Source: Candidatus Nanopusillus sp. (GTDB lineage Archaea > Nanobdellota > Nanobdellia > Nanobdellales > Nanobdellaceae). From it: DNA of 32,000 nt. Numbering within the stretch: position 1 is the first letter of the stretch; each line of letters begins with the position of its first letter. Under the pieces are notes generated by a model, which was given only the letters and a program-made list of their open reading frames with translations, was not told where the DNA came from and ran no database searches. The position numbers and the translations under genes were made by a program. Below are positions 9,008-17,299 of this stretch, in pieces. The stretch is taken from assembly GCA_028275885.1 (NCBI GenBank), contig JAPWTW010000001.1:30001-62000 (forward strand). Reading direction: 5' to 3'.

Positions 9008-9745
9008 ATGTTTATATTATCTGGATTAGGACAAAATAAAGATGAAATACCTTATGGATTAATAGAAGAAATAAAAAATGCAGATTTAGTATTTTTAGAA
9101 TGTTATACAAATTTTATTGATGAAGAAACAAAAGAATTTTTATTAAATATAAGAAAAGATATAAAGATTGTTGATAGAAATTTTGTAGAATTAGAATTAG
9201 AAAAAATAATATTAAATAATAAAGATAAGAAAATAATTTTGATAGCATCTGGAAATCCATTATTTGCAACTACTCATATGTATTTTATTGAACTTTGTAA
9301 AAAAAACAATATAGAATTTAAAATAATAAATTCTCCATCAATATTTGATGAAATTGGAAAAATAGGTTTATTTTTATATAAGTTCGGAAGAACAGTCTCA
9401 ATATCATTTCATGAATCTACAGAATTTTATGATTATATTATAAGAAATTACAAAAATAATTTGCATACACTGGTCTTATTAGATTTAGATCCTATAAATA
9501 ATAAGTATTTGGATCATAAAGAAGCAATAAAAAGATTATTAGAAATAGATAGTAAAAGAGAAAAAATTTTTAATGATAATTTTAAGTTAATTGTATGTTC
9601 TAACCTAAATAGAAAAAATGAAAAAATATATTATAAGGAAATAAAGGAATTGTTAAATATAGATTTAGATCCCCCACTATGTATTATAATACCATCAAAT
9701 TTAAATAAAATAGAGTTGGAATTTTTATTATGTATGATATCCTGA
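9008..9745 (+). CDS. dphB: Diphthine synthase (Dph5 family)
   Basis: MFILSGLG..., LVFLECYT, ASGNPLFATTH and GLFLYKFGRTVSI match the Dph5 pattern (GLG, E.YT, GDP..ATTH, GLq.YkFG.tvs). The tracked ORF starts at 8957 inside polC; the ATG at 9008, 1 nt after the polC stop, gives the canonical N-terminus. Confidence 0.85.
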   Translation: MFILSGLGQNKDEIPYGLIEEIKNADLVFLECYTNFIDEETKEFLLNIRKDIKIVDRNFVELELEKIILNNKDKKIILIASGNPLFATTHMYFIELCKKNNIEFKIINSPSIFDEIGKIGLFLYKFGRTVSISFHESTEFYDYIIRNYKNNLHTLVLLDLDPINNKYLDHKEAIKRLLEIDSKREKIFNDNFKLIVCSNLNRKNEKIYYKEIKELLNIDLDPPLCIIIPSNLNKIELEFLLCMIS

Positions 9746-10530
9746 TAGAAAAAATAAGGTATAATTACTTTATATTATTCTTTCTAAGTATATTAATAAT
9801 TGTATTTTCTACATTATTATCACTTAAATCTGGACCATATGGTGGAATATTAATAATTGCAATATCTCTGGTTCCATTTGTTCAAATATATAATAAATTA
9901 ATAGAAAAAGACGAAAAAATATCTGAAAAAATAAAATCAAAGAAAAATATGTTTATAAGGTATAAAGACTATTTTATAATGTCTTTTGTAATATTTTTTG
10001 CATCAATAATCGGATTCTATATAGGTTATCTAATAAATCACAATTTATTTTATCCACAAATACAAGCAATAGAAGATATAAGGGAGAATGTTATTGCTTT
10101 AGGTTATGGACATGCAATATATGCAAATAGTTTCTTTACATATATATTATATAATAATATGACAATATTATTGTTATTTTTCTCATTTTCAATAATATTT
10201 GGTGCTGGAGCTATATATTTATTATTATGGAATGCCTCAATTATTGGAGTATTCTTAGGTTTAAAGGCATCTGAGTATATGTCAAACAATATTATATATA
10301 AATATATTTTAATTCCAACCATTAGTCTTTTAGAAATTTTACCACATGGAATATTAGAATTTTTAGGATATTTCTTAGCAGCATTGGCAGGTAATATTTT
10401 ATCAATAGCATTTATAAAGAATTTAGATAAAGAAAGTTTAGAAAATATACTTTCAGATTCTTTGGCACTATTTGTTTTATCTATATTATTTATATTTATA
10501 GCAGCATTAATAGAAGCTTATATTATTTAA
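9730..10530 (+). CDS. SpoIIM-family polytopic membrane protein
   Basis: 266 aa with several hydrophobic spans. LLLWNASIIGVFLG and LLEILPHGILEFLGYFLAALAG match the SpoIIM-family signature (N.s..G ... PHGi.E.pa...a.aaG). Confidence 0.55.
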   Translation: MYDILIEKIRYNYFILFFLSILIIVFSTLLSLKSGPYGGILIIAISLVPFVQIYNKLIEKDEKISEKIKSKKNMFIRYKDYFIMSFVIFFASIIGFYIGYLINHNLFYPQIQAIEDIRENVIALGYGHAIYANSFFTYILYNNMTILLLFFSFSIIFGAGAIYLLLWNASIIGVFLGLKASEYMSNNIIYKYILIPTISLLEILPHGILEFLGYFLAALAGNILSIAFIKNLDKESLENILSDSLALFVLSILFIFIAALIEAYII

Positions 10531-10545
10531 ATAAAAATATTTTAT

Positions 10546-10797
10546 ATGTATGAATCATTTGATTATATAAAAGAAGGAATAATATATGGAAAAATAAAAA
10601 ATATGATGAAAGATAAAGTAATAATAGAAATAAATGGAAAAGATTATTCATTTGATAAATCTATAGATATAAATAATCTAAATTCTGGTGATTATGTAAG
10701 ATTTTATATAAAAAATAATAATATAATTTATATTGAAAAAATAAGCCAGAATTTATATGAAAATATTAAGAAAATTTTAGAAAGTTTAAACGAATAA
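10546..10797 (+). CDS. Hypothetical small protein (83 aa)
   Basis: ORF only. It fills the space between flanking genes; no recognisable motif. Confidence 0.35.
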   Translation: MYESFDYIKEGIIYGKIKNMMKDKVIIEINGKDYSFDKSIDINNLNSGDYVRFYIKNNNIIYIEKISQNLYENIKKILESLNE

Positions 10798-11346
10798 TTC
10801 TTTTTTATTTTTTATTAAGAACATTAGCCAAAAAATAATTAAAAATATTGTTGTAAATATTTCCCATAAAAAATTGTGTAAAAAATATGGATTAATATTA
10901 AAAATATAATAAAAGTGAAAGACAGACCATAACCTAAATATATTTAAGATAAATAGTATTGGAGAAAAAATAATGAAATAAAATATTTTTTTCTTTATAT
11001 TTAATATTGGTGTAGAAAATATTAGGGCAAATATACCAAATAATGATTTAAAGCCAGTACATTCCTGATCAATTATAAAACTCATATTTTTTATGTATAA
11101 AATATTATTTTCCAATGTAAAATCTATGTTTGAAAAATATAATATTCTTGATATAAATTCTGAATAACTTATCAAAAAATCATATGGTAAAACAATATAA
11201 TAATAACTAAATAAAAATAATGGTATTGAATATATTAACATATTTGCAAAAAATACTGATAAAATTAATTCTTTTCTTAATTTGTTATTTCTCTTTGCAT
11301 AATCTATTAATTTATTGTAATATTTTTTTATTATGTATTCAAACAT
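10786..11346 (-). CDS. Archaeosortase/exosortase-family membrane protein (putative transpeptidase)
   Basis: 186 aa, polytopic. The family Cys-Arg-His triad occurs in the expected order and context: IIDQECTGFKSLFG (family: aCSG..S), LNIFRLWSVF (family: N..R) and FLHNFLWE (His). Confidence 0.6.
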   Translation of the reverse strand: MFEYIIKKYYNKLIDYAKRNNKLRKELILSVFFANMLIYSIPLFLFSYYYIVLPYDFLISYSEFISRILYFSNIDFTLENNILYIKNMSFIIDQECTGFKSLFGIFALIFSTPILNIKKKIFYFIIFSPILFILNIFRLWSVFHFYYIFNINPYFLHNFLWEIFTTIFLIIFWLMFLIKNKKELFV

Positions 11347-11797
11347 TCTTTATTTTTGCAGCAACTCCAACTTTGAAATCTTTAATTTCTTTTCCAGATA
11401 ATAAACTTTCTCCTATTGCTAATAGATTATCATTTTTATCTACTATTAATACAATATCTCTTGGTAATATATTCTCATCTAGATTTTCTACAAATTTATT
11501 AAATACAGATTTTCCTTCCTTTATAAATTTTGTTGCTTCATCTTTTACAACGATTCTATATTTTGGAAATTTTAATAATTCTTTTACTATTAATCCTCCA
11601 TAAAATGTTAATATAACAAATCCTGTTGTTGGTTCTATCGTTCCAAATAGTTTATCATCTATATATATTCTTCTTATTCTTCCTGTTTTTTTACTTTTTT
11701 CAATTTTTATTTTTTCTTTATACTTTTCAATTATCTTATCTCCAATATTATCTCCAAACTGATAATTTAATATTCCTCTAACTATTAATAATTCCAT
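11339..11797 (-). CDS. PUA-domain RNA-binding protein (pre-PUA + PUA, archaeosine-TGT C-terminal-like)
   Basis: 152 aa. VRGILNYQFGDNIGDKI (family: lr.iadyQFG.g.g), KTGRIRRIY, VVKDEATKFIKEGKSVFNKFV and DIVLIVDKNDNLLAIGESLLSGKEI..FKVGVAAKIK are typical of small archaeal PUA proteins. Confidence 0.7.
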   Translation of the reverse strand: MELLIVRGILNYQFGDNIGDKIIEKYKEKIKIEKSKKTGRIRRIYIDDKLFGTIEPTTGFVILTFYGGLIVKELLKFPKYRIVVKDEATKFIKEGKSVFNKFVENLDENILPRDIVLIVDKNDNLLAIGESLLSGKEIKDFKVGVAAKIKNV

Positions 11798-12410
11798 AGT
11801 AGTATAATATAAACTTTTCAGCCATCATCTGAGCAATTATACTATTATTATTATATATAGTTACTGTATTGTTTTGACTATTAAATATTATTCCATAAGA
11901 ATCATTTGTTGGTACTAAATATATTAATAATGTTTCATTTCTTGGTAAAATATATGTTAAATTTTCATAATCATTATATGTAGTATATAAAAAAATGTAA
12001 TTATCATTTATACTATTATTCTCTAGAAAATATTTACATCCGGAACTGTTATAGTAAAAAGAACATACATATTTAATATTTTTGTTATATTTTAATAAAT
12101 ATATCAATATATAAAGAATTTCTGCATTATAATATCCACTTAATGTTGGATCAAAAATAAATAATTGATATTTATATTTATTTAATGAATTATATAAGCT
12201 TTCATTTGAATATATTGGTATAAATTCTAATTGTGTAATATTATAAGGCCCAGCAATAGTTATATTATCTGGATTTGTATATATATATATTGAATTATTG
12301 TTAATGTTATTTGTATAATTTATTATTCTGGATTTTATAGCTATTATTATTACTAAAATTATAAAAGCTATGATTAGGATCGATAAATTAATAATTTTTT
12401 CTCTCTTCAT
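11778..12410 (-). CDS. N-terminally membrane-anchored Asn/Tyr-rich extracellular protein, hypothetical
   Basis: 210 aa. It has a basic N-terminus plus one hydrophobic span (MKREKIINLSILIIAFIILVIIIAIKS) and many N-x-S/T sequons. No recognisable domain. Confidence 0.45.
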   Translation of the reverse strand: MKREKIINLSILIIAFIILVIIIAIKSRIINYTNNINNNSIYIYTNPDNITIAGPYNITQLEFIPIYSNESLYNSLNKYKYQLFIFDPTLSGYYNAEILYILIYLLKYNKNIKYVCSFYYNSSGCKYFLENNSINDNYIFLYTTYNDYENLTYILPRNETLLIYLVPTNDSYGIIFNSQNNTVTIYNNNSIIAQMMAEKFILYYYGIINS

Positions 12411-12462
12411 ATATTAATCTTTAGATAAATATATATAAATTTTCTAATTCTAAAAAATATTA

Positions 12463-13209
12463 ATGAGTACTAATGATGTAGATGAGAAATTATTGGAAGT
12501 TCTTAAACAGAATGCTTATGGACTAACCATTTCTGAATTATCAAAGATATTAAATATTAATAGAATTACATTATCTAAACACTTGGAAATATTAAAAGAG
12601 AGAGGATATTTAAATTATAGAGTTGTTGGAAAAGCAAAAATATGGTATATAAATGAAGATGTAAACTTTTTAGAAATGATACATGGGAATACTCCAATAA
12701 TAAGATTAATTAGAAAAGATAAAAATGAGTTTTATAGTGTTTCTGATATAAAATTTTTAATAATTCCTTCTGAAATATTTCAGGTTCTATATTTACAAGC
12801 TTTGGAAATAAATAATTTAAATTTCATTAGAGATTCTGGAAAAAGATTTGGTATTATAATTTCTACTACATATAAAATGTATTCTGGAATGGAAAGAGTT
12901 TTAGATGAAGATCATCTGAAAGAAATAATTAAACTGGTTGAGAAATTTGGTTTTGGAAAAGTAGAAGATATATTCATTGATATTAAAACATTAGATTTCC
13001 TGATTACATTAAATTCGTCTATAGAATCCTTAGTATTAAAAGATATAGAAGACATATTAAAGGAAAAAAATATAGAGATAAAGGAATATTTTATGGAGGG
13101 ATATTTTGAGGGATTATTAAGTACTTTATTTGGAATACCCATGATGGCAATAAATAAATCTACATTATATAAAGATCAAAAAACAGAATTTGTAATAAGA
13201 AAGAGATGA
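12463..13209 (+). CDS. Winged-helix transcription regulator with a C-terminal ligand-binding-like (V4R-like?) domain
   Basis: The N-terminus LLEVLKQNAYGLTISELSKILNINRITLSKHLEILKERGYLNYRVVGKAKIWYI is a classic wHTH. The C-terminal ~170 aa (RDSGKRFG..., FGFGKVE..., EGYFEGLLSTLFG) only weakly resembles V4R-type domains. Confidence 0.55.
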   Translation: MSTNDVDEKLLEVLKQNAYGLTISELSKILNINRITLSKHLEILKERGYLNYRVVGKAKIWYINEDVNFLEMIHGNTPIIRLIRKDKNEFYSVSDIKFLIIPSEIFQVLYLQALEINNLNFIRDSGKRFGIIISTTYKMYSGMERVLDEDHLKEIIKLVEKFGFGKVEDIFIDIKTLDFLITLNSSIESLVLKDIEDILKEKNIEIKEYFMEGYFEGLLSTLFGIPMMAINKSTLYKDQKTEFVIRKR

Positions 13210-13709
13210 TTATTTGTATAACAGGAGTACCTGGTGTTGGAAAAAGTACAATAGCAAAGAAATTGGCTGAGCAAATAAATGCGGTTTTAATTGATATATA
13301 TGATTTTGCGATTAAAAATAATTTATATGAAGAATATGATGAAGTTGAACAAACATATATAATAGATGAAAATAAATTATTTCAAGAAATTGACAATTAT
13401 ATAAAAAATTTAAATAATAAATACATTATTATAGTAGGAAATTTTTCCCATCTATATGATAAATGTGATTTATATATTGTTATAAAAACAGATCCAAACA
13501 TATTATATGAAAGATTGTCAAAAGAAAGAAATTATCCATATAATAAAATTTTTACAAATATATGGGCAATGAATCTTGAAGTTATAGAAGATGAATTAGA
13601 AGAAATGAAAAAGGAATATTATGTTTTTTATAACAATAAAGAAGATGATATAAATAATATAATAAGAGAAATAAAAAGATTAATAGAAAATAAGGAAAAA
13701 TCAAATTAA
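13206..13709 (+). CDS. Fap7/adenylate kinase 6-like NTPase (small-subunit ribosome maturation factor)
   Basis: 167 aa. It has the P-loop MIICITGVPGVGKSTIAKKLAE, then VGNFSHLY and CDLYIVIKTDPNILYERLSKERNYPYNKI (family: d.viVLr..p..L..RL..RgY...Ki). The start overlaps the upstream stop (ATGA). Confidence 0.7.
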   Translation: MIICITGVPGVGKSTIAKKLAEQINAVLIDIYDFAIKNNLYEEYDEVEQTYIIDENKLFQEIDNYIKNLNNKYIIIVGNFSHLYDKCDLYIVIKTDPNILYERLSKERNYPYNKIFTNIWAMNLEVIEDELEEMKKEYYVFYNNKEDDINNIIREIKRLIENKEKSN

Positions 13710-13759
13710 TAAGAAGTTTTTTATCTAAAGTTTATAAGTCTTATATATATAATATATAT

Positions 13760-15421
13760 ATGGCAGAAGATAAAAAAGGATTATATCCAATTCTATTATC
13801 CCCAGAAAAATATGCGAGAACAATTGGTAGAGAAGCAATGAGATCAAATATCATGGCAGCTGTATTAGTATCAGAAATATTAAAAACATCTTTAGGTCCA
13901 AGAGGGATGGATAAAATGTTGGTAGATGAATTGGGAGATATAACTGTTACAAATGATGGAGCAACAATATTGGATCGAATGCATGTTGAGCATCCTGCTG
14001 CTAAGTTAATAATAGAAATAGCAAAAACACAGGATAAAGAAGTAGGTGATGGTACCAAAAGATCTACAGTTTTAGCAGGTGAGTTATTAAAGAGGGCAGA
14101 TGAATTATTGGATAAGAATATTCATCCAACAGTTATTATAGAAGGTTATAATAAGGCAGCAATTATTGCTGAAGAATTAGTAAATAAATTAGCTCAAAAG
14201 GCATCAATGAATGATGAAGAAATATTAATTAAAGTTGCAAAATCTGCTTTATCATCAAAATTAGCATCAATATATTCAGATAAATTAGCAAAAATAATTG
14301 TTGATGCTGTTAGAAAAGTAACAGATGTTGTAGAATTATCAAGTAAAGAAAAGAAAATAATTGTAGATTTAGATTCATTAAAGATTGAAAAGAAAATTGG
14401 TGGTGGTGTAGAAGAAACATCATTGATTGATGGAATAGTAATAGATAAAGAAAGAATACATGGAGAAATGCCAAAAGTTGTTTCAAATGCAAAGATAGCA
14501 TTAATAGGTGATGCTATTGAAATTAAAGAAACAGAAACAGATGCTAGGATAAATATATCTTCTCCAGAGCAACTAGAACAGTTTTTAAATAAAGAAAGGG
14601 AAATGCTAAAGAAAATGGTAGAGAAAATAAAGGAAGTAGGAGCAAATGTTGTATTTGTACAGAAGGGTGTTGACGATTTAGCAGCATATTATTTGGCAAA
14701 ATATGGAATATTAGCAGTAAGAAGAGTTAAGAAATCAGATATGGAAAAAATAGCAAAAGCAACTGGTGGAAAAATTGTAAATTCTATTGATGAATTATCA
14801 GAAAATGATTTAGGATATGCAGAATTGGTTGAAGAAAGAAAAGTTGCAGATGAAAATATGATATTTATAACAGGATGCAAGAATCCAAAAGCTGTTACAA
14901 TATTAATAAGGGCAGGATCTGAGCATGTTGCAGATGAAGTTGAAAGATCTATAAATGATGCAATTAGGGATGTTGCAACAGTAATTAAATATGGAAAGGT
15001 AATTGCTGGAGGTGGTGCATTGGAAATGGAATTAGCTGAAGGAATAAGAAAAGAGGCTAAAAAGGAGTCATCAAAAGTACAAATGGCAATGCTTGCATTT
15101 GCAGATGCATTGGAAGCAATACCGGCAGCATTGGCAGAAAATGCTGGTATGGATACTATAGAAGCAATGACACAATTAAGAGCATTGCATGAACAAGGTA
15201 AAAAATGGGCTGGAATAGATGCAATTGAAGGTAAGATTGGAGATATGTGGGAAAAAAATGTAATTGAGCCAGCAAATATAACTATACAAGCTATAAAGTC
15301 CGCAGTAGAAGCTGCTATAATGATATTGAAAATAGATGATGTTATTGCTGCAGTAGGAAAATCAACGGAAGAAGGAAAATCATCAAGTAAATCAGAAGAA
15401 GAAGGAGAGACTGAAGAATAG
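13760..15421 (+). CDS. thsA: Thermosome subunit (group II chaperonin)
   Basis: 553 aa. Motifs LGPRGMDKMLVD, VTNDGATIL, AKTQDKEVGDGT, VIAGGGALEMELA and NVIEPANI. The charged C-terminal tail ends ...EEEGETEE. Confidence 0.95.
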   Translation: MAEDKKGLYPILLSPEKYARTIGREAMRSNIMAAVLVSEILKTSLGPRGMDKMLVDELGDITVTNDGATILDRMHVEHPAAKLIIEIAKTQDKEVGDGTKRSTVLAGELLKRADELLDKNIHPTVIIEGYNKAAIIAEELVNKLAQKASMNDEEILIKVAKSALSSKLASIYSDKLAKIIVDAVRKVTDVVELSSKEKKIIVDLDSLKIEKKIGGGVEETSLIDGIVIDKERIHGEMPKVVSNAKIALIGDAIEIKETETDARINISSPEQLEQFLNKEREMLKKMVEKIKEVGANVVFVQKGVDDLAAYYLAKYGILAVRRVKKSDMEKIAKATGGKIVNSIDELSENDLGYAELVEERKVADENMIFITGCKNPKAVTILIRAGSEHVADEVERSINDAIRDVATVIKYGKVIAGGGALEMELAEGIRKEAKKESSKVQMAMLAFADALEAIPAALAENAGMDTIEAMTQLRALHEQGKKWAGIDAIEGKIGDMWEKNVIEPANITIQAIKSAVEAAIMILKIDDVIAAVGKSTEEGKSSSKSEEEGETEE

Positions 15422-15461
15422 TTTTTAAAGATTTATAAATATCAAAATTTTTTATTTTTTT

Positions 15462-16013
15462 ATGCCATCCTCAGAGTATGAACTTATACCAACAGATCCA
15501 GTTGAAAAATTGATTGAAGAGATAGAAAATTTGAAGGATGATTTAGCTACATTAAAAAATGAATTAAAAAATAATATTGAAGAAATAAAAAAGCAGATTT
15601 CAATGCCCCCTGAAACAAACTCAATAGCCAAAAAAGAAGCTCAAACTCAATTGTATTATGCTCAATCAAATGTAGATACCTCATTTTATAAAGAAATTGT
15701 AAATTCATTAATAAAAAGTAACATAGATTTACAAGCAAAAATATCAGAATTAGTAGTTGTTACAAATAATTTATACAAAGAAATAAAGAATTTGTTCGAT
15801 ATATTTAAAGAAGCTGCTTTATTAAGATCAAAACAAAAAGAAACAAATGAAAATAATATTGAATTATTAAAGAGAATAGAAAACTTAGAAAAAGCAAATC
15901 TAAAAGTAGCGGAATTATTAGATAACCTTAAGAAACAGATAGAAAGTATAAAAAGTAATCAAAGTCCAAGTTATATAGGTTCATCAATACAAAGTTATAA
16001 TAAAAGGACATAA
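15462..16013 (+). CDS. Coiled-coil protein, hypothetical; first gene of the pilus-like cluster
   Basis: 183 aa. Heptad-like Leu/Ile/Lys/Glu-rich segments (LIEEIENLKDDLATLKNELKNNIEEIKKQ; LLKRIENLEKANLKVAELLDNLKKQIESIK). No TM span and no known motif. Confidence 0.45.
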   Translation: MPSSEYELIPTDPVEKLIEEIENLKDDLATLKNELKNNIEEIKKQISMPPETNSIAKKEAQTQLYYAQSNVDTSFYKEIVNSLIKSNIDLQAKISELVVVTNNLYKEIKNLFDIFKEAALLRSKQKETNENNIELLKRIENLEKANLKVAELLDNLKKQIESIKSNQSPSYIGSSIQSYNKRT

Positions 16014-16045
16014 AAACTAATAAATTTTTTTAACATCTTTATAAA

Positions 16046-16888
16046 ATGAAGTTACAATCTCAGCTCATTAGTTATTTGTTGTTGGGGATTATCGTAGTTG
16101 GTCTGTCAATAGGGATATATGAATGGGGTATACCACTAATACAAAAATCTCAGATTAGATCTACAGTAAATAATATTCAAAATCAATTAAATTCCCTAGC
16201 AGAAGCAATACAATTTGTTGTTCAAAGTAAAGGAACTCAGACAGTTACATTAAATTTACCGAAAGGATCTTTAAGTATATATAATAATTTGATTCAATAT
16301 TCATTCCAGACACCTGTAATTTATTATAATCCATCTATTTCTATAGTTCCAATAAATTACAATATATATATTCCATGTAATGTAAATAATACCATTTCAA
16401 TACCTTCATCTGGTTATAATTCTATCCAATTATGTGGAATTCCAAATCTTATAGCTAAAGTAAATTCTTCTAATATAATAATACAAGATATAAATAATAA
16501 TACTCTAGTATTGCCTTTAGCAAATGCTAATGATGTTATAACCCAATATTTTGATTTTAATATAAATGTTCAGAATAATATTGTATCATTTATTCCTCAA
16601 TATAATACAGGTATAGCTGGTGTATCATATTATCCAAAATGTTTACTTTCAGCATCTCAATTAAGTGGAATTATACAATATCAAATATCATGTAGACCAA
16701 TGTATAATCCTCAAAATGGGCAATGTGAATGGATAATAATAGAACCAACTGGTCAGACATCAGTTACTATAAATGTCAATTCTATTAATATAAATTTGCA
16801 ATATAAAGGATTAAATGTAATTAGTAATCCAAATTCTACTGTTTGTAAGCAATTAGTGTACTATTATGTACAAGCTTCTATTGTATAA
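16046..16888 (+). CDS. Putative type IV pilin-like / secreted protein with N-terminal hydrophobic helix
   Basis: 280 aa. A short polar N-terminus precedes one hydrophobic helix (MKLQSQ|LISYLLLGIIVVGLSIGIY), resembling a class III signal peptide. The remainder is beta-rich and Asn/Ile-rich with 6 Cys. Confidence 0.45.
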   Translation: MKLQSQLISYLLLGIIVVGLSIGIYEWGIPLIQKSQIRSTVNNIQNQLNSLAEAIQFVVQSKGTQTVTLNLPKGSLSIYNNLIQYSFQTPVIYYNPSISIVPINYNIYIPCNVNNTISIPSSGYNSIQLCGIPNLIAKVNSSNIIIQDINNNTLVLPLANANDVITQYFDFNINVQNNIVSFIPQYNTGIAGVSYYPKCLLSASQLSGIIQYQISCRPMYNPQNGQCEWIIIEPTGQTSVTINVNSININLQYKGLNVISNPNSTVCKQLVYYYVQASIV

Positions 16889-17268
16889 TGCCAGTAAATG
16901 CGTTAGAGATTGCATTAATAACTTTAATATTATTTTTTATTTCTCAAACAATGATTTTATATTTTAATCATATAACAACTTCATCAAATTATAATAAAAT
17001 AGTTTTAAATTATATAGAATCAAATGTTGAGTTTTGTATATATTATTCTTATTTATATAATGTGAATCTTTTTTGTCGACCTTCACAGAATTATAAATTT
17101 TCAATAAGTGCAATTAATAACATAGTATATATATCTTATAATGGAAATTTTTTATCTATAAATTTAAATAATAATTCTTATTTCCATCCTATTTATGGTC
17201 AGGGTTTGAACTCTTTCTTCTTACAATATAAAAATTATTCTTTAAATTCCATTTTATATATAAGTTAA
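16888..17268 (+). CDS. Putative minor pilin-like protein
   Basis: 126 aa. MPVNA|LEIALITLILFFISQTMILYF has a short leader, a Glu near the N-terminus of the helix and a single hydrophobic helix. 2 Cys. The start overlaps the upstream stop (TAATG). Confidence 0.4.
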   Translation: MPVNALEIALITLILFFISQTMILYFNHITTSSNYNKIVLNYIESNVEFCIYYSYLYNVNLFCRPSQNYKFSISAINNIVYISYNGNFLSINLNNNSYFHPIYGQGLNSFFLQYKNYSLNSILYIS

Positions 17269-17299
17269 ATTTATATTTTTCCAAATTTTCATTTAATAT

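Noticed and set aside
10104-11603. ORFs 10104-10322 (-) and 11220-11603 (+)
   Set aside because: Both are antisense to better-supported genes (SpoIIM-like; archaeosortase and PUA protein) and have no recognisable features.
11778-12410. Heavy N-glycosylation inferred from the many N-x-S/T sequons in the anchored surface protein
   Set aside because: Asn (AAT/AAC) is strongly over-represented in every protein of this AT-rich window, so sequon density is not informative without a composition-corrected test.
12912-14880. Minus-strand ORFs 12912-13142, 13741-14058, 14310-14501 and 14689-14880
   Set aside because: Antisense to the wHTH regulator and the thermosome; shadow ORFs.
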